From Paraglomus brasilianum (lineage: Eukaryota): a stretch of 46,765 bases of DNA. Positions 12,591-23,148 of this stretch are shown piece after piece. A program made the translations under genes and the position numbers. Location of the stretch: positions 1-46,765 of the forward strand of contig CAJVPI010000170.1 in the NCBI GenBank assembly GCA_910592345.1. The letters run 5' to 3'. Within the stretch, counting starts at the first letter, position 1; the number at the start of each line of letters is the position of its first letter. The notes beneath the pieces were generated by a model. That model made no database searches. It worked only from the letters and a program-made list of their open reading frames with translations, and had not been told where the DNA came from.

Positions 12591-14313
12591 CTATGAAAGC
12601 ACAACTTTCTCGATATCGTCCACAGTGTTAATGACTGCTGGTGTCCGGATTGTCTTTCCTTTCAATCCCTCCAATCCTTCACCAGCGTAACTAACCAAGG
12701 GACTTATCTCGAAAGTCAACTTATCCTGTGTCTCTCCAACTCCAGCTACAACTTCACCTCCTGCTTTCTCTACGAACCTCACATGCTGGCTAATAATATC
12801 CCTTCTGCTAGTGTCCGGATCATCGACTCCCGTACCTGGTGCATTCTTCAATGGAGAAAACTCCTCTTTGCGATCAACCTCTAACACAGACATACGCTCG
12901 GTGAACGGAAACACGTCGAACACAAATAATTCCATCTTCATACCATTTGGTTTAGTTGGTGACTGCAACTCTCCAGTCTTTAAATCAACATGTTTGATCT
13001 TTTTCTTGGCAATGTGATATTCCAATTCACCCTCAAACCGTTCAACGCTTTTTAGAAAGTCCACCGTATAGAAATGATTGGCAATATTTGCAGCTCCATA
13101 TTCCAATTGGCCATTAGCTTTAGTCAAAGCCGCCAAGGTAGGATCAAATTCGCTATACTCAACTACGTTGAATTTACCATCTTTCAACGCTATCAGTCCA
13201 ACTGGTTCTTCTGGATAGGCCTTTCTGACAGCTTTAGCACCACAGTCAGCATGTTTGGAGATACTATAGCCAATAAACACAGGGTCTGCTACGCGAACGA
13301 GACAGTTATCAACGCAGTATGCGTGTACGTAGAGGATATCACGAGAGGTGAGGTCGGTAAGAACATTTTCATTACGAAGGGCAGCATAGATACCACCATT
13401 GCCATCTGGTGCCACCGCGATCTAGAGCAGGAATCGGAAAGTAGAATATAGATAGAGTTAGCTTAAGCAAATAAGGGAAAGCTTTGCAAAATAAGAGAAG
13501 ATTGGACACCTTGGATTTGGTTTCCAAGAAGATTTTGCCATCGTCTGTGAGAGCCGGGAGTATTCCTGAAGTAGAAAAAAGAACAGTCAAACTTGTATGT
13601 TAGCAATATGTAAACTACATATCAAACAGTTCAAAACAAAATGGCCACAACTACAATACACCCCAAACCTGCTACATACCTTGCTCAAAAACAATAACAT
13701 TTTCTTTTTCCAATCCAAAGTATCCATGACTTTGAAAGAATTCTTCTGTCGCAGCCCTCGTTGGCCCGCTCGTCATAACATACCAGGGAATAACCACCTG
13801 TCCTTGCGTACCAGTAGTGTCCTTGGCAATCTTTTGTAATCGCAAAATCCTTTCAGCCTGCAGCTGGAACAGTGACTTGTGTGATGGCAATCCAATATCG
13901 TAGCAGCCTTTAGGTGCCGATGATCCCAATCTCGTCCCTTGTCCACCAGCCATCAAAATCACGGCAACTTTATTCTCGGAAATCGATTTCAATCCGATCG
14001 ATTCCCACTCTTCTTGCTTCGATTCGGTAGCATCCAACACCGAATCGAAACTATCGTTAGGAAGGGGAGATATGCTCAGATTGGTGGAGGAGGATTCGAG
14101 ACTGGAAACGGCCTTTTTGTAAATGCGGTTAACACGATCTACATCTAATTTAGAAAGTTGGTCGTATAGGGCAGTTTGTTCTTCGGGCGAGAGCGAGTCA
14201 TAGAAGGTGAAGACCTGCTCTTGTCGAGCGGCTGCATATTTCGCTTTCAGAGCATCAACTTGTGCTTGAGTTGGCACAGGATTGATCTTAACGGATGAAG
14301 TCTTGAATGACAT
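12591..14313 (-). CDS. UAP1: UDP-N-acetylglucosamine pyrophosphorylase, 3 exons
   Basis: Exons 14313-13680, 13565-13510, 13421-12591. Motifs LMAGGQGTRLGSSAPKG, IPWYVMTSGPT, FEQG, APDGNGG, VVEYSE, ELFVFDVF, EFSPLKN. Confidence 0.96.
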
Positions 14314-15649
14314 TTTTTAGTGTCTTTCTATGATTGCAGTGACTGCGTCTTGTGTGATGAGATGAGAACGCGAGGAGTATGCGTATCATATAGTGAGTAA
14401 AGTTGGGGGTTCTTCATATTGGGTATGCAGTAAAACAAATGCTTGTTACGCAGGATTTTGACAATTTCGCCTCGTTGACATACTACAGTACATTAATAAT
14501 TCCAAGTCGTACAAACGGTGTCTAATTTTTCCATAAAGATAGGCGATAGTTTAATTCCGGATCGTCGGGAGCGCATAATTTTTATGCACTAAAAAGGAGG
14601 TATGCATTCAGAGACAAAGTCAAATGGAGCAAAGCAATTGATTGGATATTCATTTTCTGAAAGGGACATTAAATAACTTGCCTTTCACGAAAATAATAGC
14701 AGAATCATAATGCTCAATGAGAATAATTATTAATTATTCAAAACCACTCCTAGCGAGTAACTTTTTGATTATTTAGCTTTGATTGAACTGAAATAGGCAT
14801 CTGCTATGGAATACTCGCAAGTCAGTAATGACTCTCTCGAAGAGCTTCAGTGTAAGCTGACACATTGATGCCAAATTTTCCATACCTTAAGACTATTAAT
14901 AATTTGATCGTCTATTGCAAATCATTCTGTTAAGACTGCACAAGCCAGGCCAGCTAAAACTGAGCCCGCATTATGAGAAGTAAAGAAGGTTGACGAATTA
15001 GAGGGTTATGCCAATGATCGCGTTTATGACAATATACACACTTGCAGCAGAATAAAAATAAGTTGATGAAGAGCAGTACACATACAAATCTGCTTCTCCA
15101 TTAATAATGTTTGCTACCCCGAGTAGATTTAAGGAGAATAATAATGTGGTAAGGAAGTTCGGGAAAAGGTGATATTGTACGTACTTTATTAGATTATTCG
15201 ACGTCTTGTCATTTAAACATCGTAATATTATACTACTTAGAAGTTACATATAAGTCACTTCCTCGATTTCGAAAAGTTTTCCGGCACATAGTCTCGTCCT
15301 TCCCACTACTTTGATAATGAAGCTTCATTGCTTTGTCATTGTTCTAATTAGCGCACTCGACATATTGGCAACGCTAATCTTATTATTAGAAGACCGAAAA
15401 ACCAAGTAGAGATAAACGCTGTGTTGGAAAAAGCTTTTTCCGACAAGGCAACATTTAATAGACCATCATGTCCAAGTTCTCCCCCTATTTCTCCCAACTA
15501 CTGACGTGTTACCAAGCGGTTTGAACCATTTTTACTGAAAAATGCGGCAACGATCTTAACCTTCAAAGCCGACATCAACGACTAGTATTAGAAGAGCCTT
15601 TAGCCTATTATTGAGAATGAAGTTATATGGAGCATGCTGCAACAAAACC

Positions 15650-15760
15650 AGACAAAGTGAATATTTGACAAAGTGGTTGGTGTCCAATGTGGCCGACATA
15701 GCAAATAATGGTACTTGTGGACTTGTTAACATTAAATCTGTAACTAATGTTAAAGTCATA
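15650..15760 (-). pseudogene. Possible SF2/RecQ-like helicase fragment
   Basis: Isolated PQVPLFAMSATL resembles helicase motif III (SAT); no flanking exons found. Confidence 0.25.
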
Positions 15761-16778
15761 ACACAATTAATATAGGATTATGTGTACATAAAAATATTAA
15801 TATGAAACTAGTCTACATTAAATCCATCATGGAACCAAAGAAATTACATCACTATTAGAAGTATTTTAAAGAAAAATAGGGTGAAAAAATTGCTCCATAT
15901 GTTTTTAAAATGCATGACACCCAAACTCTCCAGGAATATCTAGATAAAGAAAAATCACTTATAAAATTTACGAACGAAAAATAGGAGAAACATAAAGAAA
16001 AGCAATTTAACATAAAAGTTTCTCACTAGACCCTCTGCTGATTGAGAGACCTATCAACAAAAGACTATTCCTTATTATTATAGTCTTTGACTCGTTGATA
16101 AAAGACTGTTTGAACTTATTGTTGAGCTTTGACTCGCATTTCGCTAATTTGACGCGATTGTAACCAAAGGGCATAATTTTATCATAAAAGCACCCGAATT
16201 ATTGCATGGGAAGAAAATACTCGGACAAAGCCATTAATGAGCATAACATATTTCTTTGGTCACTCTGATGCAAATTTAAATTCATTATTCTTGTTAAGAA
16301 TATCATCTTTTGATACCGTTTATTAACAATTTTATTGTAATTGTCTTCACTCTTTATATGCACAATATTCCCCATCATTGAATTACGTCTTTAATTTTTT
16401 TCGTGAAGCTGAATTTCCAATGCATTATCTTCACAATTAATGGTAAAATTTCGGCTAGTTCTGGGTCTTTTTTTATCGATAACCCTAAACCCGGGTTTAT
16501 TATTATCACCCCAAACGCGGATGACAAGTTTCATGTATGAAAAAATTTTAAGCCAAGCTTCTCATGGAACAAGTTATCTAATCAAGTATTAATAGATCCG
16601 TATTTTTATTATTTAGTTGGTGGTAAGCTTAAGGTTGAATGGAAAGACCGTAAGTATCTTTAATATAAATTAATGTGCTATAATTTATCTTGGTTTCTTT
16701 TTCTAAGAAATTTAGTCTATATTTTATAATCTTTAAAAAAATGTTACAGCATTCAAATTATACAAAGGTCTTACTTTT

Positions 16779-17636
16779 GGGCCTTCTCAACAGCTTGATG
16801 CCCCGATCAAATTTGGAAATTAATGATAAAAATGGAAGTTATTTGGTGGGGGCATCCTAAATTGGAAATTGTTTATTTTTCATATGAACATAATTCATAT
16901 GATCGATGTGATGTGACGAGAGCAATACATGGAATAGTAATAGAACATCAAGAAATTTTTTTTGTTCAAATCCATTGCAATGCCTAAGAAGCAAGAAAAA
17001 ACATCGGAACCTTTATTATACAAACATCCACAACGTATGCGGGTTTGATAATGTTGGAGGGTGTCCAGAATGGCTTCAATAAATCGTTTAGTAAAATGTG
17101 CTTGGCTAACACCAAACATTTGTTCTAGTTGGCGATATTTGCTAATCTTTGAATCACAATGCCAACTCGAATTTTAATAGGAGTTTGAGGTCGATGAATA
17201 GTTAGGATGTTGCTGTAGGATACTAATAAGCAGTCGATTGAACGTAAATCGCAAATGCGAAAATGAGATTTAAAACTATTATACTCGCTCTCGCCATTAA
17301 GGTATGGAAATATGTCTGTCCAATAAGCCATTGGTTTTGGCCGAAGTAAACGAGGTGTACGATTAATCCTTGACATCGAATCAAACAGAAATGCTATTTA
17401 GATTTTATTACTTCTGTTACTATGAAGGCAATAAGTCTTTTCCGGCTGATAGATAACATTATCATTAACAGTATAACAGTCTCATACGGGAGGGCGTTAT
17501 TTATGCGCGTATGCTTAATGTCACATATGAATTTTATCAGGTAAATATGGTATTTCTCTATTTAGAAAGCTGTTGAGAGCTCTACTTTGTACGACTTCCA
17601 AATTTGATCGGGGCATCAAAGCTATTGAGAAGGCCC
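16779..17636 (-). mobile_element. PIF/Harbinger-like deletion derivative with ~40 bp TIRs
   Basis: TIRs GGGCCTTCTCAACAGCTTGATGCCCCGATCAAATTTGGAA (16779-16818) and its near-perfect inverse ending at 17636, flanked by TTT/TTA. Internal fragments FKSHFRI, PQTPIKIRVGIVIQRLAN and MFGVSQ..FTKRFIEAI resemble the Harbinger transposase N-terminal HTH. Confidence 0.8.
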
Positions 17637-18149
17637 TTAATTGACAATTTATCTGAAAGTGATATTTTTATATTTCGAATATGTCTTGTCCTGGATATAT
17701 TAATTGTACTCGAGTAATCTGCCGGCTCCTAAGGTGGGATTAATTCTTAGTCTACATAACAATTAGTTATCAGGAGGCGATTATTCTTCATCGATATAGG
17801 GATTAGCGATTTCTCAGCTATACCGATAAATTACCAGGGAATGAATCATTAACAATGTATTTCAGAGTATAAATTTATTTACAATAAAGAAATCAGAACA
17901 TTCTAAACATGCACTTCTTGGCTGACTATCTTATATCTATTTAACTGAGATCTACAGTACGCTACTTATATGTATATACTATGTTAATGGGCTTAGCCGC
18001 TGGATTTATTTGTGTTGGGATGGAATTATGCAACAGAATCTACAGTCAGTCGATTTAAAATTTTAATCAACACATAGATTATACATAAATTATAAAACTA
18101 ATATATAGGAATACCCGTATACGGAAAATAATTATAATTATAACGGTTC

Positions 18150-19170
18150 AACCGAATATGAAAGAGCAATACGTTTCTTAGAGATAGGTTGCGATTGTGG
18201 TTGTTCAAAAGTGATTCAGAGAGAAAAATTTGCCGAGTTACGTAGGCATTTCAAGCCCTTTCTAGATCTGAGCAAGACATATTTTTAATGGCCCAACTGA
18301 AAGAAATGAATGGTGGAGAAATAACTGCCAGCCGACGTCTTAAAAAGAAAACGCGCACTAATAAAAGAACTTTCTACTATTGAGATCGCAATACGCCTCT
18401 TTGCCAAAAAACTTATCTCAATATGTTGGGAATTGGTCGCACTCACTTCGAAAACGTCAGAAATTACTTAGAGACGAATGGTATAGTACCACGTGTTCAT
18501 GGTAATATCAAGCGAATGCCGCAATGAAAGACCAAAATAACTATTGATATAACTGTTGCTACCACCGCGAAGAAATTTTCTTGAAAACTATGCGGAAATT
18601 CATGGTTTACCAAAAAATGTCAACCGAATTACTCAATCGCTTACACTTTTGCCAGCCGAAACGAGTTACAAATCGGTCTACAGTGATTCTATTGTAGGTC
18701 TCGAAAACGATAGCACATTGAAATTGTTAAAATATGACGCATTCCGCAAGTTACGGCACCAATTAATGCCTTATATTCAAATCATGAGTCCAAGAACGTA
18801 TTTCTGTGACACGTGCCAACATTTTTGGAACGGCTTGCAGTATAATGCTCGCATGGAAGAAGAAGCAAAATATTTACTAAAGAAGTACAAGGAACATCTA
18901 GTTAAGGCTAAGTTGGAGAGAAATTATTACAACAAAAATACGAAATTAGCAGAGCAACAAAGAAAATTAGTAGACGAGAATTATCTTGTGGTAGGAGGTA
19001 AAGCTGATTATTGTAGCGTTGATGCTACTGCTCATTACAGTTACCATTGAGCACAAAACGTTCACGTACCCCATTCCAATCAACAGGTAAGTAAGATTTA
19101 TTATCTCAGTCCACGTAAAATGTATTTATTTGGTATTCAAGATGAAGCAGTGCGCGAACAAATTAATTAC
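18150..19170 (+). mobile_element. Degenerate Sola-like DNA transposase, copy 1
   Basis: Broken frames: GCDCGC, LCQKTYLNMLGI, PRVHGN, FLENYAEIHGLP, FCDTC, HYSY.*AQNVHVP..QQV.KIYYLSPRK..LFGI; homologous to 38230-39240. Confidence 0.6.
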
Positions 19171-19174
19171 ACTA

Positions 19175-19340
19175 TTTATGCAAGGACTTGGAGAAGAAAT
19201 AGACGATTATGAATTTCAACAAGATAATGTTCTAGTTTATACAAACAAATTAACAACATTCTTTGAAATTCAGAAATAAATAACAGAATCCTGAGAGCAT
19301 CTGTGAGATGAGCTGGAACGACGAATTAGAAAACGGGGCC
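19175..19340 (+). mobile_element. Tc1-like transposase fragment
   Basis: YEFQQDNV and EHL*DELERRIRKR match the Tc1 FQQDNA and EHLWDELERR motifs. Confidence 0.6.
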
Positions 19341-19530
19341 CGCCGGGAAAAAATTCCAGATGCAATATTTCAAAACTTATTCTGAGCATGCAGAGCAGAA
19401 TAAAAGCAGGTTTAAAAGCAAAAGGCTTTGCAACAAAGTATCGATAAATTTTAAACTAGATTTTATCTTGTGGTTATGCCTGAATGCCATTCCAGATATA
19501 TGCTTTATTGTTAATATTTTATTATATATA

Positions 19531-20490
19531 CAGCGTGTGACAAAAAAACTTGATAGTTTGCAGGAAAAGTTAACCGCTAATTAAACTTTGTCAATTCTAA
19601 CTCAATTTGCGTCATATTTTACCAACTGAAAAATGTAAACAACAGCCTTTTATTACGCGTCTTGAATAAATAAAAATATAAACAAACTTTTTTAAATTGT
19701 ACTGTCAAAATGTCAACAAACGCTTACGAACGAAAGATGTACGCTTTATTACATTATTGGAATAAAGGTGTTCCTGATCTAGCAAGAATCACAAAGCTAT
19801 CAGTCTCAACTGTACGATATAACGTTGAAAAGCTTAAAAAACACACACTATTTACTTATGAAACAGCTTTTGAGCTGTACCGGAACACAGTTGAATACTG
19901 GTACAAAGGTAAACGTCCAATTTGTCGTATATCGAAAGACCAAAGGAAAATTTTTGCCTGGGGTGGTTTTTCCATAAGAGGAAAGACAAGTTTATTTTGC
20001 TTCCAGCGTATAATGGATGGCAAATTTTACATTAATATTCTTGAAAACTACCTTGGGGAAATTAATAAGATGCTTGGGAAGAAGTGGCGCTTACAGCAAG
20101 ATAAACGATCCAGTAAGGTAGCTAAAGAATTTCTTGCTAACATGTGCCCAGGGTTATGGACTGGCCTTCTCGTAGTCCTGACTTTAATCCTATAGAAAAT
20201 TTATGGGCTATCGTTAAGAGCAACGACAACCCAAAAATTAGAAAAATTTATGACAGAAGAATGGAATTCTATTCCAGAATTAGAATCAGTCTTAAATAAT
20301 TTAGTAAATTCAATGTGCCGCCGTTGTGAGCTAGTTATTGAAAGCAACGGTGAGCGAATTAATTTTTAACTCTAATAAAACTTGTTTCATATCTTTCTAG
20401 CTTTTAAATAACGTATCAATCATTAAATTGGTGCAGTATTGACAGATTTACAACAGATTTGCTATCGTTAAGTATTTTTGTCACACACTG
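19531..20490 (+). mobile_element. Tc1/mariner element (internally deleted, non-functional transposase ~19710-20369)
   Basis: TIRs CAGCGTGTGACAAAAAAACT / AGTATTTTTGTCACACACTG, TA on the left and CA on the right. HTH (LARITKLSVSTVRYNV), FTYET (mutated first Asp), FAWGGF, LQQD, WPSRSPDFNPIENLWAIVK, SMCRRCELVI. Confidence 0.88.
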
Positions 20491-21141
20491 CATATATATG
20501 GTAAATTTTATTTTTCGACAATAAAGTCATAACGCTTAATTTCTCTATTTTCGATTACGTGAAACCGGGTATGAGCAGCCTCAACAGTTTACTTATTAAT
20601 ATATAATGATATTTGTAGGTCAGAAGAAGCGCGAACTATAGTTAAGATTGCAATTAACGAAAAAATTGAGGGGTGGTCGGTGACTTGATGACCGTAAAAG
20701 CGGCGGATAAATACTCACTTATCTAAAATAACCGCGATCATAATCCGGCTACGTTCCGTATTAATTTTCCAAAATATGATAAATTAAAATGATAGAAAAT
20801 GACTCGTACACAATTAATTTATTTAGCTCTAACTGTTGTCGCATCTCAAATATGTTATATTAATATAACCATTGTAATGTCATGTTTAGAAGTATTCATA
20901 GAGACCGATTTTTTCATGATGACAAAAATTCGGGGGTTTGCAAAAAATAGCACCAGAGGCGTTGGATCTAATTTCTTTAAAGCAGATTCGTGGTTATGCA
21001 CGAAGTCTTTTCGATGTGACCGAGAAAGCGACAATCTGAAGACGCATAATGCTGTAACGTGCTCATCTCACATCTTTGTGTCACGTGCGTTCAACATTTG
21101 GTTGTAAATCCATGTCACCTACTTCTTACTTATCATTTACA

Positions 21142-21762
21142 ATGTTCCTCAGCGGATCGCGAATACTTGTAGCCAGTCACCAACGTTTTCTCCTCACCGT
21201 GCTGCCGGTTTACCGTAAATTTCATATCTCAGCTGCGGCCTTAAAATTATCTCCATTTGATCCAAACTCAGGTGTCCCTATCCAACCACAAGCTGAACCA
21301 ACAACTCCATCGGACAGTCCTCAACAGGACCCTCGCTTACTACGTGAGGACCCTTACTTCAAACATCTGGTCAACGTAATAATGCGTGATGGCAAGAAAG
21401 CCCGTGCACAGAGGATAGTCTCAGATGCACTAGTATACATCCGAACTGAAACTAATTCGGACCCATTGCTCGTCCTAAGAGAAGCAATTATTAAAGCATC
21501 TCCGATAGTGAAGTTGTATAATAAAAAGAAAGGATCAAAGGCTGTACAAGTACCAACACCGTTAAATGACAGACAGAAAGCGTTTAGGGCTATGAAATGG
21601 ACAATAGAGGCGTCGGATAAGAGACAGGATCATAGTTTTAGCGTTAGGTTGGCTCAGGAGATCTTGGCCATTGTGAATGGTAATAGCTCAGTGTTGACGA
21701 AAAGAGAACAATTACATCGGTTAGCAGTTGCCAGTAGAGCAAATTTGCCCATTAAATGGTGA
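21142..21762 (+). CDS. RSM7: Mitochondrial ribosomal protein uS7 (alternative in-frame ATG at 21112)
   Basis: Presequence-like N-terminus; uS7 motifs VNVIMRDGKKARAQRIV, KKGSKAVQVPTPL...Q...AMKW, LAQEILA, KREQLHRLAVASRAN. Confidence 0.92.
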   Translation: MFLSGSRILVASHQRFLLTVLPVYRKFHISAAALKLSPFDPNSGVPIQPQAEPTTPSDSPQQDPRLLREDPYFKHLVNVIMRDGKKARAQRIVSDALVYIRTETNSDPLLVLREAIIKASPIVKLYNKKKGSKAVQVPTPLNDRQKAFRAMKWTIEASDKRQDHSFSVRLAQEILAIVNGNSSVLTKREQLHRLAVASRANLPIKW

Positions 21763-22075
21763 TTGCGGAGGGCATTGATATTTAAAGTTTATGTATATGG
21801 GTTCAATATGAAAAGTATCAAGTGGATCGCTATTACCGTAATCTTTTTCTATAACAACGTTGAGTTTTACATCAAGTTTGTCATTGCCTTTGATTAATTT
21901 TCGTCTAACCACTGTCTAATTGGGTAAAGTGTTTCACCAGTCGCCACTATATCAGTATTATTAAAAGCGATGTTCTCTTCCCAGGAATCTAACATCTTCT
22001 CTTCAGCCTTGTGAAATGCAAGATAAATGAAAACAAAGCAAGTTCGTGCTATGGCACCCAATAAACAAATCGATT

Positions 22076-22111
22076 GTTAGTTGTTAGTTAGTTGTTAGTT
22101 AGTTGTTAGTT
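22076..22111. repeat. Short (GTTA/GTT) tandem repeat
   Basis: GTTAGTTGTTAGTTAGTTGTTAGTTAGTTGTTAGTT upstream of the ankyrin gene. Confidence 0.6.
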
Positions 22112-22275
22112 CAGTGTTAATTAGTGGCGTTCCACCAAACCGGAGTTTTCTGACTTTTTATCCTCTTCCTTGCCTTATTGCGCCGCCGATCATTTTTTCT
22201 CAGCCAATCCATATAGTTTGTAAATTGTCGGAAAACTCCCTTTCGACTTTACACCTACATGAGCAATGGCTCAAA

Positions 22276-22935
22276 ATGCTCAAATATCATAATTCTATTT
22301 CAGTAGAACAGCTCCCAGCCGAAGTCCTTCAACAAATTTTCATTTTATCTAGTAACCATCACTTCCCTCTGGTCTCTCGGACTTTCTACAATGCTGCTAA
22401 CTGTCAGACCAGCATCAAGACAGCCTGGCTACTTCACAAATATGAGTACCGTCATGTGCTGGCCTTTCATCGGGGACTACGCCGACGATTCTTCAACAAA
22501 GACATTCTTTTCCAATTGGACGCTAGCTATCAGTCGGAACTAAAAGCGACTGGCGAACTGCCTAAACCATTACCATTCCTTAAACGGCCTATTCCGCAAC
22601 ATCTTTTCCGAGCTCCGGATCAAAAGTATTATGAACTCGTAAAGATTCTACTTAAGCGGGGCGGATCTCCTATCGCTCACAACAACTATCCGATTATAAA
22701 GTCGGCTCAATTGGGTTGTCTGGACATGGTTGAGCTATTACTCCAATACGATGCTAAACCTGATGTTAAAGGCAATCTTGCTCTAACATTTGCGGTTATA
22801 GGGAAAAACATTAAGATTGTAAAGAGATTGATTGACGCTGGCGCTCCAGTGGATGATAATTGTATGAAAATAGCAGAGAAGAATAACCATCCGGAGATGA
22901 TTAGTCTATTGAAATTTTATAGAAGAAAATTGTAA
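22276..22935 (+). CDS. F-box-like N-terminus plus C-terminal ankyrin-repeat protein
   Basis: EQLPAEVLQQIF...LVSRTFY at the N-terminus; ankyrin units YPIIKSAQLGCLDMVELLLQYDA and LALTFAVIGKNIKIVKRLIDAGA; single exon. Confidence 0.75.
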   Translation: MLKYHNSISVEQLPAEVLQQIFILSSNHHFPLVSRTFYNAANCQTSIKTAWLLHKYEYRHVLAFHRGLRRRFFNKDILFQLDASYQSELKATGELPKPLPFLKRPIPQHLFRAPDQKYYELVKILLKRGGSPIAHNNYPIIKSAQLGCLDMVELLLQYDAKPDVKGNLALTFAVIGKNIKIVKRLIDAGAPVDDNCMKIAEKNNHPEMISLLKFYRRKL

Positions 22936-23148
22936 ATTCCTTATGTATTTATTCTATGGATACCCACATTCATATATGTTCAGGAAACATTATAAATAAA
23001 TTATTGCCTATTGTTCCCCGCAATTTGCACAATTTTATATTGTCGTATTAGCCACTCAGCCATCCTATTTATAGTAAGAATCGCGTGACATGAAAAGTAT
23101 AACCTACGTTACTCGCTTTTTTGAAGCAGAAAGGCTTAACCAGTCTCT

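Noticed and set aside
17711..17834. Two loose hairpins and a 14-nt match to 547-560
   Set aside because: Imperfect stems in AT-rich TE debris; no recognisable RNA family motif
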